From IMG/VR virus record IMGVR_UViG_3300025671_000081, positions 1 to 55,016 of that record: a DNA stretch of 55,016 nt; one strand, given 5' to 3'. This DNA is from a virus. Its lineage: Duplodnaviria; Caudoviricetes. The notes below the pieces were generated by a model. That model ran no database searches. It worked only from the letters and a program-made list of their open reading frames with translations, and had not been told where the DNA came from. The translations under genes were made by a program, and so were the position numbers. Shown here in pieces: positions 1 to 9,247 of this stretch. The first letter of the stretch is position 1. Every line of letters starts with the position of its first letter.

Positions 1-7
1 TAGCAGC

Positions 8-793
8 ATGAATCAGGTAGCAGAAATGCCGAACCGTCAGGCGGCGATTGAATCTCAGCAGGAATTGCAAAACCTGCTATTCAACCACCAGGCAATGGAG
101 CAGCTTTATACGCTTGCCCAAAACATGGCAGAGGCTCGCGTAACCGTGCCGAAGCATTTACAGGGCAGCGTTGGCGACTGCATGGCTATCTGCATGCAGG
201 CAGCGCAGTGGCGCATGAACCCGTTCGCAGTTGCTCAGAAAACGCACTTGGTGAATGGCACTCTCGGTTATGAAGCGCAGCTCGTAAATGCGGTTATTCA
301 AGCGTCTGGAGCGATTTCTGGGACTTTTACCTACGAGTATCACGGCGATGGAGAAGAGCTTCAGTGTCGTGTGGGTGCCACCTTGGCCGGTGAAAATAAA
401 GTCACTTGGAACGAGTGGTTGCCGATATGGCAGATCACTACCAAAAACTCCCCGCTCTGGAAAACGAACCCAAAGCAGCAGCTCGGTTATCTGCAAGTTA
501 AGAACTGGGCACGCGCTTTCGCGCCGGGCGCAATCCTTGGCGTCTATACGGAAGACGAGTTGAAGGACTACGCCGCAGGCGAAAAGCCAGTTAGTCAACC
601 CGCTCACGAGCGTCCAGCTATCGAGTACTGCCCTGACGACGTATTCACGGCCGATCTGAAAAAGTATCGCCGCCACATCGAGTCAGGCGCCAGAACCCAC
701 GACGAGTTTATCAACCACATGAATACCCGCTTTCAGCTCACTAAAGAGCAGGAAGATGAAATTCGTGCCATCAAATCAAACACCGAGGAATAA
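8..793 (+). CDS. recT: RecT-family ssDNA annealing protein
   Basis: VPKHLQG..DCMAICMQAAQWRMNPFAVAQKT..LGYEAQLVNAVI..PGAILGVYT..E motifs; next to exonuclease. Confidence 0.85.
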   Translation: MNQVAEMPNRQAAIESQQELQNLLFNHQAMEQLYTLAQNMAEARVTVPKHLQGSVGDCMAICMQAAQWRMNPFAVAQKTHLVNGTLGYEAQLVNAVIQASGAISGTFTYEYHGDGEELQCRVGATLAGENKVTWNEWLPIWQITTKNSPLWKTNPKQQLGYLQVKNWARAFAPGAILGVYTEDELKDYAAGEKPVSQPAHERPAIEYCPDDVFTADLKKYRRHIESGARTHDEFINHMNTRFQLTKEQEDEIRAIKSNTEE

Positions 794-796
794 ATC

Positions 797-2431
797 ATGG
801 GAATGCAAGTTATCAGAGATATGGTTCAGGGTTCCGGCGGGTGGAAATCACACCGTCGCACGAAGCGCAACGCATCAGACGCACCAAAAGTCACTGGCGA
901 TTCCTCCTATGGAAACCGTGAGAGTGTTATGGCGTTCCTTAAATTTGGCGTAGAGCCAGAATTCCCCGAGCAGGCCCAAAAACGCATGAATGACGGGCAT
1001 GCTTTCGAGGCTCTAGCCAGACCATTGGCTGAAAAAATCGCTGGCGTAACTCTCTCAAGCATTACTGCTGTTAACGGAGAATATGGCGCAAGCTACGACG
1101 GTATCGACTTTGATTACGAGACCGCATTCGAGCACAAAACATTGAATGCAAAACTGCGTAAAGCTATGACTGAAGATTGCACAGGCATTGAGCTGCCTAT
1201 GGAATATCAAGTCCAGATGGAGCACCAGTGCTTGGTATGCCCATCCATCAAGAAGGTGCTCTTCATGGCCTCGGTGTGGGATTTAGATACTGGTGAACTC
1301 ATAGAAGAGCGTCATTGCTGGTATACGCCAAGTCTTGAGCTTCGCTCTCATATTGTCTCTTGCTGGGATCAATTAGCAGAAGACATGAAGTCTTACACCT
1401 TGCCTGAGCCAAAACCCGAAGCAGTCGCCGAAGAAGTAACCGACCTACCTGCTATCAGCATGGTAGCCAAGGGCGAAGTTGCGATTGTCGATAACCTGGA
1501 AGTCTTCGAAAAAGGTCTGACTGTATTTCTGCAGAAGTCTCTAGTCAAAGATCCAAAAACTGATAACGACTTCGCGACCCTGAATCTGCAGATTAAGGTC
1601 CTTGAAAAGGCCGAAGCCGCACTCAAGACTGCCGGTGATTCTGTACTGGCTCAGGTCGAAGCTGTTGATGCTGCAATGAAGAAAAAAGACAGCCTGGCTG
1701 AACTGGTGCGACAAAACCGCCTGGCCTCTGAAAAGCTGCTGCAGGCGAAGAAAGATCAGATCAAGCGCGATATCGTTATTAACGCAGAAGAAAGTATCAA
1801 CGCACACATCCTAACTCTCGAAGATGAATTTTCGGAGCTTACCGGCTGCCCTCTTCGCATTTGGGTTGACCGGGACGTACCGGGTGCAATCAAAGGCAAG
1901 AGGACCCTTGCCACCCTGCAATCCTCTGCGAACGACGAAGTGGCTCGCGCAAAAATCGCAGCAAATCAGATGGCTGATCGCATTCGCGTGAACATCGAGT
2001 ACTTCGATTCCGTTATCAACGATATTCCGAAAACAATTTTCGGCGACCTGTCCTCTCTCCTGCCAAAGGGTGCTGCAGACTTTGCTGCTGCAGTAACGCT
2101 CCGTATTCACGAGTACGAGAAGCAGATTGAAGAGCAGGCAGAGCGCAAGCGCCAGCAAGACGAAGCGGAAGCCAAGCGCAAGGCAGAGGCTCAAGCCGCT
2201 GTTGATCAGGTGACGCAGGCTCACGAAGATGAGTATCACGAAACGCAGGCCAATCCGCTGGCAGATATTCCGGTGAAGTCTGGCACTCAAGTGAAAGCAG
2301 AAACGACCATTCAGACTCTCGCTGGCGACCTCTGCCGCTACTGCCGCGATAAGGGTCTCACTCCCGCAGACGCTCAAGAGCTGATGGCTCTCGTTGAGAA
2401 ATACACAAACCTGGACGCGAAAGCGGCATAA
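797..2431 (+). CDS. YqaJ-like viral recombination exonuclease with coiled-coil C-terminus
   Basis: QGS..W..R..ASDAP, GH.FE..AR, ASYDG, EHK, Y..QMEHQ motifs. Confidence 0.85.
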   Translation: MGMQVIRDMVQGSGGWKSHRRTKRNASDAPKVTGDSSYGNRESVMAFLKFGVEPEFPEQAQKRMNDGHAFEALARPLAEKIAGVTLSSITAVNGEYGASYDGIDFDYETAFEHKTLNAKLRKAMTEDCTGIELPMEYQVQMEHQCLVCPSIKKVLFMASVWDLDTGELIEERHCWYTPSLELRSHIVSCWDQLAEDMKSYTLPEPKPEAVAEEVTDLPAISMVAKGEVAIVDNLEVFEKGLTVFLQKSLVKDPKTDNDFATLNLQIKVLEKAEAALKTAGDSVLAQVEAVDAAMKKKDSLAELVRQNRLASEKLLQAKKDQIKRDIVINAEESINAHILTLEDEFSELTGCPLRIWVDRDVPGAIKGKRTLATLQSSANDEVARAKIAANQMADRIRVNIEYFDSVINDIPKTIFGDLSSLLPKGAADFAAAVTLRIHEYEKQIEEQAERKRQQDEAEAKRKAEAQAAVDQVTQAHEDEYHETQANPLADIPVKSGTQVKAETTIQTLAGDLCRYCRDKGLTPADAQELMALVEKYTNLDAKAA

Positions 2432-2441
2432 GGAAATATCG

Positions 2442-2636
2442 ATGCTTATTTTAACGCGCAATATCTCTCAGAAAATCAAAATCGGTGACGACGTAACCGT
2501 CACGGTGCTGGGTGTGAAGGGTAATCAGGTGCGCCTGGGTGTTAACGCTCCTAAGGAAGTTGCAGTACACCGTGAAGAGATTTTCGACCGCATCCAGCGC
2601 GAGAAGTCCGGCAAAGATGCCGAAGGAAATAATTAA
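2442..2636 (+). CDS. csrA: CsrA/RsmA translational regulator homolog
   Basis: [42 protein letters not shown]; ATG 2442 with AAGGA RBS. Confidence 0.95.
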   Translation: MLILTRNISQKIKIGDDVTVTVLGVKGNQVRLGVNAPKEVAVHREEIFDRIQREKSGKDAEGNN

Positions 2637-2719
2637 GGCACCCGCCTCCGGCCCCCCGGCGCCGAGTCCTGCAGGAAGCAGGAAAGACCGGGAGAATTTA
2701 AAAGATAAGGACGACTGAC

Positions 2720-3229
2720 ATGAAATTAGCAAAACCAAACGAGCAAGACCTTAACGGCGCAATTGACATTGCTCGAATTATCGACGACCTGAGCAAAGGC
2801 TGGTTCCCGTCTGACGACGAAGGCGACCATGTTTTCGACATCATGGACAGCGCAGATTGCCGCAAGGCGTTGGATATTCTGATTGGCATTAGCGACGAAT
2901 GCAGCCTAATGCGCGCCGCCATGACCACGCTAGTTTTGTGCGATACGAACAATAAAGTCATCGACCCGAATATTGACCATGTCGATCAACATCCGGAAGT
3001 AAAAGAAGCGATGGCACTCAAAGAGCGTATCGACAGCTTCTTTACGCAGGAATTCACCGGCGGCATGAAGATCAAAAAAGGTGAAATAAAGGGCGATCAG
3101 GTTTATGAAATTGCTTCTGTCAATTTCGATGAGGCACTTGTAGCGTACAGCGTTGATTGGTCGGACGACCTCCAATGGGCTCGCTGGGAAAACGTTGAAC
3201 TTATCAAAGATCAGGCGGGTGCGGAATGA
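2720..3229 (+). CDS. hypothetical phage protein
   Basis: 169-aa ORF, AAGGA RBS, ATGA overlap with next gene. Confidence 0.75.
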   Translation: MKLAKPNEQDLNGAIDIARIIDDLSKGWFPSDDEGDHVFDIMDSADCRKALDILIGISDECSLMRAAMTTLVLCDTNNKVIDPNIDHVDQHPEVKEAMALKERIDSFFTQEFTGGMKIKKGEIKGDQVYEIASVNFDEALVAYSVDWSDDLQWARWENVELIKDQAGAE

Positions 3230-3510
3230 GCCAGAGTCCTCAGGAAATCATCGAAATGGCCGTTGCCAACGCCGGTAAAAAAGTGGTGAACCACATCGCG
3301 TGGATGCTGTTTATCGGATATTTGTCGATTGCTGCTATCGGCTGGTTCACCTCCGACAAGGATGACACAGACGGACATAAGCGCAGCAATATGGTTCTAC
3401 GTACCGACTACGGTACCGGCTGTCAGTATCTGGAATCGCACACAGGCGTATTAACACCGCGCATGAGCGCAGACGGAAAGCACACAGGGTGCAAGGCGGT
3501 GAGCAAATGA
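3226..3510 (+). CDS. hypothetical protein with one TM helix
   Basis: Hydrophobic segment then TDYGTGCQYL motif; 4-bp overlaps at both ends. Confidence 0.7.
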   Translation: MSQSPQEIIEMAVANAGKKVVNHIAWMLFIGYLSIAAIGWFTSDKDDTDGHKRSNMVLRTDYGTGCQYLESHTGVLTPRMSADGKHTGCKAVSK

Positions 3511-4193
3511 AAGTGAAACCGATGATTTTCAACCCTGACATGGCCTTGGCTTTACACGAAGACCGTAAGGGCCAGACGCGACGACCGGTTGATATACCTG
3601 ATGGCTGGGAATTAAAAAGCGCCGATCTATGCAAAATCACTGGCAAGCACCCCAAAAGTGGTAAGTGGGGTGTCTTGATTCGTCGCGAGACATTCGACGA
3701 AATCTACGAGCATGATCTTATTGCTGCCCCGGCTATGCCTGGAGACCTGATCTATGTGCGCGAAACCTTCCGGCTTTTTGATTCTTATGATGAGTGCGAC
3801 CACGCTGATTTCCCCTGCCCTTGTCCGGGGAATGGTGCGCCTATTTATTTTGCAAGCTGTCGTGATTCCGAGAGTAATTGGAAACCATCTATCCACATGC
3901 CGCGCTGGGCCAGCCGAACCACTCTGAAAGTGACCCGTGTCCGTGTTGAGCGCATTCAGGATATATCTGAAGACGATGCGATTGCCGAGGGATTCAAATA
4001 CACGGGGTGGAGACCGACTTACTCCGACCCAGATTCAGGTGGTGAATACAGCACAGCGAGCGACAAATTTGCAGATACGTGGATCTCAATCTACGGCGAC
4101 CATTGGGATAGCAACGGCTGGTGCTGGGTTATCGACTTTGAAGTTATCCACCAGAACGTAGACAGCTACCTTAAAAATCTGGAGGCAGCATGA
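3507..4193 (+). CDS. phage protein, ASCH/PUA-like family
   Basis: KPMIFN..M..A..RK.QTRR, PGD.IYVRET, WKPSIHMPRWASR..L.VT.VRVERIQDISE.DA.AEG. Confidence 0.8.
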   Translation: MKVKPMIFNPDMALALHEDRKGQTRRPVDIPDGWELKSADLCKITGKHPKSGKWGVLIRRETFDEIYEHDLIAAPAMPGDLIYVRETFRLFDSYDECDHADFPCPCPGNGAPIYFASCRDSESNWKPSIHMPRWASRTTLKVTRVRVERIQDISEDDAIAEGFKYTGWRPTYSDPDSGGEYSTASDKFADTWISIYGDHWDSNGWCWVIDFEVIHQNVDSYLKNLEAA

Positions 4194-4597
4194 GCCTTGA
4201 ACGATTAGCAATAGCCCAGGCATACCTAACGTCAGAGAAGAAGCGACTATTAAAGCTTCGAGAGGCAGAGCTAAGCAATTGCTACTTAATTGAATTCAGA
4301 GTTACCGGAAGATCAGATCACGCGGATTTTATAAATGACATTTCAGATCATGTCGGTGGAAGTCTCAGCCAGTTCTTTTGCTGCTCTGAGGTGGCGTATT
4401 TTTTATTCAAAGATGAAATGAATGACTTTGGCAGCGCAAACTACGAAGAACACATAGAAATGATTGGCTGTCCGCATTGCATACAAGCAAGAGAGATCAA
4501 GCACAAAACAAACGCCATATCTACAAAGCTGGGCCAGATAAGAGGCCAGATAACCATGGCCGGGAATAGACTAATCGGCGAGGTAATATCAGCATGA
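4190..4597 (+). CDS. hypothetical protein
   Basis: 135-aa coupled ORF with CPHC. Confidence 0.7.
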   Translation: MSLERLAIAQAYLTSEKKRLLKLREAELSNCYLIEFRVTGRSDHADFINDISDHVGGSLSQFFCCSEVAYFLFKDEMNDFGSANYEEHIEMIGCPHCIQAREIKHKTNAISTKLGQIRGQITMAGNRLIGEVISA

Positions 4598-4827
4598 CCT
4601 TTACTCCAAACTTCATAGGTGCAATGGGCTCCCTGCTGATACTTGGCATTGCCTTCTTTCTTGGCACCAATGGCCTGGCTTTCGCTGCACTGTCAATGCT
4701 GATTCTGGCTGTTGTTCTGGTTATCTGGCTCGTTATCAGTATCGGCATCTATTGCCTGGCACATAGACTGGCAACGCAGCTGGAAAGCGTTGCCCGTTTA
4801 GATCTGGGAGCGGACGATGAGAGCTGA
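4594..4827 (+). CDS. hypothetical membrane protein
   Basis: Two hydrophobic helices; overlaps neighbours. Confidence 0.65.
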   Translation: MTFTPNFIGAMGSLLILGIAFFLGTNGLAFAALSMLILAVVLVIWLVISIGIYCLAHRLATQLESVARLDLGADDES

Positions 4828-5917
4828 ATTTACTCCAGACAACCACTACGCTGGCCTGCTCGCTCAGGCTAAAGCGCTGTTTAGAATTACTCAGAGTCAG
4901 GAAGCGATCATTTCGACCCTGAGAAGCAAATTAACAGAGCTTGAATCACAGCTTGCCATGGTCGGCACGGCCGAGATTGAAGCGCAGCGCGCGGCCAATG
5001 AGCAACTGACCAATGAAGTGGAACGACTGACTGCGCATAACGCTAACCTACAGACCGCTGTAGATGCAGGGCTGCGTCAATCTTACATGCTGCGAGAATT
5101 CGCATCGAAAATCGGCATAAGTGACCGTGAAGACCCTCTTGAAACTCTGATAGGTGGCTGGACCCGGGCTGCAGAGGCCATGAGAAATTCACTCAATGAG
5201 CATAACCGAATGTGGAAAGAGGTTCTTCAGACCAGGCACGAGCACAGGCAGATGGCCGCACAAAATAAGCGTCTGATTAATTGCTTCACGACCTTAATGG
5301 GGCACAGTACGGGCGTTGCCGGGCTTCACTTAAATGGTGATGTGGCGCCATGGTCTGAGCTGACGGAAGGCGGAAGGTTTGAAGAGTGGCTTCTGCCCTT
5401 GTCAGAACCACGCGACCAGTCTATTGATGCGCTCGAAGCCCAGTGGCAAGCCGAAGCCATTCCCGGTTTTATCCGCGAAATGGGAGAGCGACTGCGCACC
5501 CAGGATAACCGTATTACTGCCGATCCTTTGTTCTGTGTGTTCCAAAAAAGAACCATTGTCGTGCCTGACGAATATGACCATGAATGTATTGAGTGGTTTT
5601 CAGGTGACGATCAGTGCACTGCTGAAGAAGAAGAAGCGGAGCGACTCGAAGAGTTACGAAGCGACATGGAAAGCGACTACTGGCATGAGGACACGATACC
5701 TCTCGATGGTAAAGAGTTTCGCCGTATCGCCGTTGCTGAGTATGACGAGTTCGTCACCGCATCATTTACCGAAGACGATGCTAACGACCATATCCGGATG
5801 AATGGCCACAACCTGAGAAAGCCATTCGTATTCGTTACCAGCCTGTACCGCACTCCGGAAATGATCGAGCTTCGCGAATGGCTGAAGGCTCAAGAAGCGG
5901 CTAAGGAACAACAATGA
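4817..5917 (+). CDS. Ead/Ea22-like modular early protein
   Basis: Coiled-coil N-terminus; C-terminal RTQDNRITADPLFCVFQKR...NGHNLRKPF..S.YR..EM..LR domain. Confidence 0.7.
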   Translation: MRAEFTPDNHYAGLLAQAKALFRITQSQEAIISTLRSKLTELESQLAMVGTAEIEAQRAANEQLTNEVERLTAHNANLQTAVDAGLRQSYMLREFASKIGISDREDPLETLIGGWTRAAEAMRNSLNEHNRMWKEVLQTRHEHRQMAAQNKRLINCFTTLMGHSTGVAGLHLNGDVAPWSELTEGGRFEEWLLPLSEPRDQSIDALEAQWQAEAIPGFIREMGERLRTQDNRITADPLFCVFQKRTIVVPDEYDHECIEWFSGDDQCTAEEEEAERLEELRSDMESDYWHEDTIPLDGKEFRRIAVAEYDEFVTASFTEDDANDHIRMNGHNLRKPFVFVTSLYRTPEMIELREWLKAQEAAKEQQ

Positions 5918-6090
5918 AGCAGCCAGAAACATTTATCGAAATGAAAGCTGAGTGCCCACACTGCGCGGCGCATATTGTGGTTTAAGCGGTAGATGAAACC
6001 GTAAACGGCCTTGAGGAAGTAGTTTGTGAAAACTGCAAAGAGCCGTTTTCTTACTGTTACCCTGGGAATATCTATGGGTTGGCGCAATAA
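5914..6090 (+). pseudogene. small zinc-ribbon gene with in-frame stop
   Basis: ATGA-coupled start; CPHC, TAA at 5983-5985, same frame continues through CENC to TAA 6088-6090 inside attC-1. Confidence 0.65.
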
Positions 6091-6141
6091 CCCAGATTTT
6101 AACGGGCGGCGAAGCCGTCCAATTTTAAATGTTTGTTATTT
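6085..6141 (-). repeat. attC-like site 1
   Basis: Minus strand TAACAAACATTTAAAA-TTGGACGGCTTCGCCGCCCG-TTAAAATCTGGGTTA. Confidence 0.88.
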
Positions 6142-6156
6142 TGATTAGGAGGCCAC

Positions 6157-6381
6157 ATGGCTCAATCACACGTGAAAGCAGGCGCGATTAAAGATTTTGT
6201 TAACTCAATGATCGCCGCGCTGGATGCTGGTTTTGTTGAGGGCAGCACACTAACACTGGCTCAGGTGCATGAAATCGCCCGGAACCACATCGAGGACACA
6301 CACGGCATAAAGACGAAGACCTTGCGTGAAGAATGGGGTGATGAGGTCGCGGAGCTGTGTGGCGCGCCTGAGTCAAAATAA
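6157..6381 (+). CDS. cassette A hypothetical protein
   Basis: AGGAGG RBS; stop codon in the R box of next site. Confidence 0.8.
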   Translation: MAQSHVKAGAIKDFVNSMIAALDAGFVEGSTLTLAQVHEIARNHIEDTHGIKTKTLREEWGDEVAELCGAPESK

Positions 6382-6432
6382 ATCAGAGCTTTGCAGCGAG
6401 CGAAGCGAGTCTGAAACAGTGAATTGTTATTT
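6376..6432 (-). repeat. attC-like site 2 (crossover triplet mutated)
   Basis: Minus strand TAACAATTCACTG..GACTCGCTTCGCTCGCTG..AGCTCTGATTTA; sister of site 9, which ends CTCTGGGTTA. Confidence 0.8.
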
Positions 6433-6446
6433 TTCTGGAGTTTGAG

Positions 6447-6653
6447 ATGGAAAGCATAATACAGATATTCAGGATGGATGATCTTAGCATTGAGACAAGA
6501 ATATCAATAATGAAAAAGCTCGGGACGGCAATCAATTATCAGTATGCTGCTAACTGTACAGAGGAACTGATAATCGAGCTTATTCTCGCACTGGCCCCTG
6601 AAAAAGAAGATGAGCTCCGTGCAGACGAGCATTACGGTCTTTACATGAAGTAA
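6447..6653 (+). CDS. cassette B hypothetical protein
   Basis: GGAG RBS; fills space between attC-2 and attC-3. Confidence 0.78.
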   Translation: MESIIQIFRMDDLSIETRISIMKKLGTAINYQYAANCTEELIIELILALAPEKEDELRADEHYGLYMK

Positions 6654-6705
6654 AAATAACCCGGCGCTTACGTGCCGAAGGTCAATTTAAAGCGCCTTGT
6701 TATTT
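6654..6705 (-). repeat. attC-like site 3
   Basis: Minus strand TAACAAGGCGCTTTAAATTGACCTTCGGCACGTAAGCGCCGGGTTA. Confidence 0.85.
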
Positions 6706-6898
6706 GGCGCGGGAGGATAAAGTAATTAAAACATACAAGATAAACCTGAAATTAGTCCGGAGTTTTTCTATCGGATTTAGTATTTTTTCGCCAACCCTTA
6801 ATAGGTTGTGCGTGGAGCTTCATTTCGGATGCTTTCACTTATGTTTTTGGAGCAAGGGAGACAAGCTTTTTGGCTTCAATAATTATTGGTGTGGCTAG
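6704..6898 (+). CDS. cassette C hypothetical protein (start codon probably lost)
   Basis: Open frame fills the cassette; GTA at 6722 sits where sister cassette D has ATG after the same GGAGGA. Confidence 0.55.
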   Translation: MAREDKVIKTYKINLKLVRSFSIGFSIFSPTLNRLCVELHFGCFHLCFWSKGDKLFGFNNYWCG

Positions 6899-6903
6899 AG
6901 ACC

Positions 6904-6957
6904 AAATAACCAAAAGCTAACGGGCGCGTAGCGTCCAATTTGAGCGCCTTGTTATTT
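6904..6957 (-). repeat. attC-like site 4
   Basis: Minus strand TAACAAGGCGCTCAAATTGGACGCTACGCGCCCGTTAGCTTTTGGTTA. Confidence 0.9.
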
Positions 6958-6973
6958 GGCGCGGGAGGAAAGA

Positions 6974-7165
6974 ATGAACCCATTTAAACGATTTTATTAC
7001 ATTGTTCGGATAGCTATCGCAATGACCAGACTAAAACGTTGGTCAGTGTCATGCAAAGACGAATTTAAGCGTGAACTATGCCGGACTTTATATCTTACGT
7101 CGTGTTTTACATACAACAGCGTTAAATACAGTTGGATGCCCAAGGCTACACCGGCGACAAAATAA
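6974..7165 (+). CDS. cassette D hypothetical protein
   Basis: GGAGGA RBS then ATG 6974; TAA stop in the R box. Confidence 0.75.
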   Translation: MNPFKRFYYIVRIAIAMTRLKRWSVSCKDEFKRELCRTLYLTSCFTYNSVKYSWMPKATPATK

Positions 7166-7214
7166 CGCCGGAATCAGGCGCGAGGCACGAGTCGCACTGA
7201 TCCGTGTGTTATTG
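7160..7214 (-). repeat. attC-like site 5 (anchor class)
   Basis: Minus strand TAACACACGGATCAGTGCGACTCGTGCCTCGCGCCTGATTCCGGCGTTA; body identical to site 10. Confidence 0.85.
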
Positions 7215-7271
7215 AATTAAACGAACTGCAGGAAGCAATAGCGCAGGCGCGTCAGGCGCTGGGAGATTGAT

Positions 7272-7478
7272 ATGGCAAAGAGTAAGCTAACGCCGCTGAA
7301 GAAGTTTGTAGAAGAGCGCTTCGGCGATACAGTACCTATGCGCACAGCGCAGCATTGGTGTCAGCACGGTCATGTTGCAGGCGCCCGTAAGATTAGGCGT
7401 CAGTGGTTTGTCGATCCTGATAAATTCGACAACACCACCGGCAACGAGCTGGCCGACAACATCCTGATGGCGTCCTAA
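7272..7478 (+). CDS. xis: excisionase (copy 1)
   Basis: 68-aa basic winged-helix-like protein (RT..HWC..G...GARKI.R.WFV) directly upstream of int. Confidence 0.85.
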   Translation: MAKSKLTPLKKFVEERFGDTVPMRTAQHWCQHGHVAGARKIRRQWFVDPDKFDNTTGNELADNILMAS

Positions 7479-7481
7479 TCC

Positions 7482-8609
7482 ATGGCACCGAGAGCACGCA
7501 AGCACAAGGGGTTGGAGCCGAATGTGTACCCGAACAAATCAGGCGGGCACACTTACTATCGCTACAAACACCCGCTCACCGGGGTGATGTACCCGCTTGG
7601 CAAGAACAAGGCGGAGGCCAATACGGCCGCCCGGATTCTGAACGCGAAGCTGCTGCAGGATGACGCCTGCATCATCGATAAAATCATGGGCACCGTCGGT
7701 ATCAGCATGGGCGCGCTTGTTGAGCGGTTCCGCGATGACCGATTGCCGGAAATGGGCCTGAAGGTCTCGACCCTAAAACTCATGGGATACCGCCTCAATC
7801 GTATTGTGTCTGACCTGGGCGACCGCGTTATCACGGAAATGACCACGAAAGACTGCGCGACCTGGCTGGATGATAACTTTGAATCAGATCCATACGTTAA
7901 ACACCGCGGTACTCTGATCGAGCTATTCCGGTATGCCGAGAACAAAGGGCTCCGTAACGGCAACGACAACCCAGCGGAAGGCACTTACCCTAACCGTAAG
8001 AAGAAGAAAAAAGCCCGCAAGCGCATGACGGTCGAGCAGTACCTTGCCATTCACGCCGCTGCGCCAGATTGGATGAAAATCGCAATGGAACTGGCCTTGA
8101 TTACACTACAGGGTCGTTCTGAGCTGATCAGAATGCGTTACGACGCTATCAAAGACGGCTACCTGTACGTTGTCCGTCAGAAAGTCGAGAGCCACGAACA
8201 CGCACGCCTCAGAATCAAAGTAACGCCAGAGATTGAGAGTATCGTTTCCCGATCCAGAGACGGTCTGGCCAGTCCCTACATCGTGCACCGTCGCCCGCAG
8301 CGGGTGAAAGAGAACAAAGACACCGATCACTGGACCCAGATTGCGCCTAATGAGTTCACCAAGCAGTTCCGGCTTATCCGCGACAGTCTGCCGGAGTTTA
8401 TCGGCATACCCAAAGAAGAACGCGGAGGTATTCACGAGGTCCGCGCATTAGGGTCGTGGCTGTATGAGCAAGCGGGATATGAGCGCGATTACGTTCAGCA
8501 TCTAATGGCTCACTCTGATGAGAAAATGACCGAATACTATCAGAGCGAGCATGAAGAAAAGTGGATCGACGTTAAAGCTGAACTCAGCCTGGCGTCAGTG
8601 TTTAAGTAA
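7482..8609 (+). CDS. int: lambda-type tyrosine integrase (copy 1)
   Basis: N-terminal arm-binding domain (YYRYKHPLTG..LG), catalytic GRSE, HEVR, AH, MTEYY. Confidence 0.95.
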   Translation: MAPRARKHKGLEPNVYPNKSGGHTYYRYKHPLTGVMYPLGKNKAEANTAARILNAKLLQDDACIIDKIMGTVGISMGALVERFRDDRLPEMGLKVSTLKLMGYRLNRIVSDLGDRVITEMTTKDCATWLDDNFESDPYVKHRGTLIELFRYAENKGLRNGNDNPAEGTYPNRKKKKKARKRMTVEQYLAIHAAAPDWMKIAMELALITLQGRSELIRMRYDAIKDGYLYVVRQKVESHEHARLRIKVTPEIESIVSRSRDGLASPYIVHRRPQRVKENKDTDHWTQIAPNEFTKQFRLIRDSLPEFIGIPKEERGGIHEVRALGSWLYEQAGYERDYVQHLMAHSDEKMTEYYQSEHEEKWIDVKAELSLASVFK

Positions 8610-8667
8610 CCCTAGTTTTAATGGGCGCGAGTAGTACGAGCGTCCACCATTTAAATGTTTGTTATTG
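8604..8667 (-). repeat. attC-like site 6
   Basis: Minus strand TAACAAACATTTAAATGGTGGACGCTCG..CGCGCCCATTAAAACTAGGGTTA; overlaps int stop codon. Confidence 0.85.
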
Positions 8668-8700
8668 CTCTATGAGCAGAAAATAACGGAGATACACGTC

Positions 8701-8853
8701 ATGAAGTGGCTAAGAGAACGAAAAAAAAGACAGCAAGAGCAGCTTGAATTGCTAAGAAGGATTGCTAAAAGTTTAAACGAAATAGAACAAAGTATTGATC
8801 GCAATAGCCGATATGGAAATGCCATTAAGGTAGTGCGGGCATCGAGATATTAG
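8701..8853 (+). CDS. cassette F small basic protein
   Basis: GGAG RBS, ATG 8701, 50 aa. Confidence 0.7.
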   Translation: MKWLRERKKRQQEQLELLRRIAKSLNEIEQSIDRNSRYGNAIKVVRASRY

Positions 8854-8858
8854 AGTAG

Positions 8859-8907
8859 CAATAACCACGCTATTCAGCGGTTTATCCGCTGCAATGCTTT
8901 GTTATGT
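8859..8907 (-). repeat. attC-like site 7 (very short)
   Basis: Minus strand TAACAAAGCATTGCAGCGGATAAACCGCTGAATAGCGTGGTTA; one extra base in left L arm. Confidence 0.82.
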
Positions 8908-8929
8908 GTGAATTACGGGAGATATTGTT

Positions 8930-9169
8930 ATGAGCCATCACGGGCATGGTTATAGAGTTTACCCTGATGATATGTCAGAACATACTCATGAAGAGTGGTC
9001 AAAAGCTGATAGCTGGATAAACGGTCTAGAGTTTAGAAAGGACTTTAATGAGGCTTTAGCTTTGGCAAAACTTGGAGCCGTTAATTGCCAATTTCCTTTC
9101 ATTGTAATGGAGATACCAATTGGCGGCAAAAGACAGAGATTTTGTGATTGCTGGGTGATAGAACCCTAA
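8930..9169 (+). CDS. cassette G hypothetical protein
   Basis: GGGAGA RBS; fills cassette. Confidence 0.78.
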   Translation: MSHHGHGYRVYPDDMSEHTHEEWSKADSWINGLEFRKDFNEALALAKLGAVNCQFPFIVMEIPIGGKRQRFCDCWVIEP

Positions 9170-9173
9170 TGAC

Positions 9174-9231
9174 ACATAACCCGGCGTTTAACTGTGAACG
9201 CCAGTGAATCATTTATAACGCTTTGTTATTC
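9174..9231 (-). repeat. attC-like site 8
   Basis: Near identical to sites 11 and 13 (+ strand TAACCCGGCGTTTAACTGTGAACGCCAGTGAATCATTTA.AACGC.TTGTTA). Confidence 0.9.
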
Positions 9232-9247
9232 GTTGGAGTTGAGTTAA

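Larger units (their letters stand above)
6085..7214 (-). mobile_element. attC cassette array 1 (cassettes A-D plus anchor site)
   Basis: Five attC-like sites alternating with four single ORFs. Confidence 0.88.
7161..8612 (+). repeat. copy 1 of ~1.45-kb direct repeat (attC + xis + int)
   Basis: Colinear with 10012-11463 (offset 2851). Confidence 0.95.
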
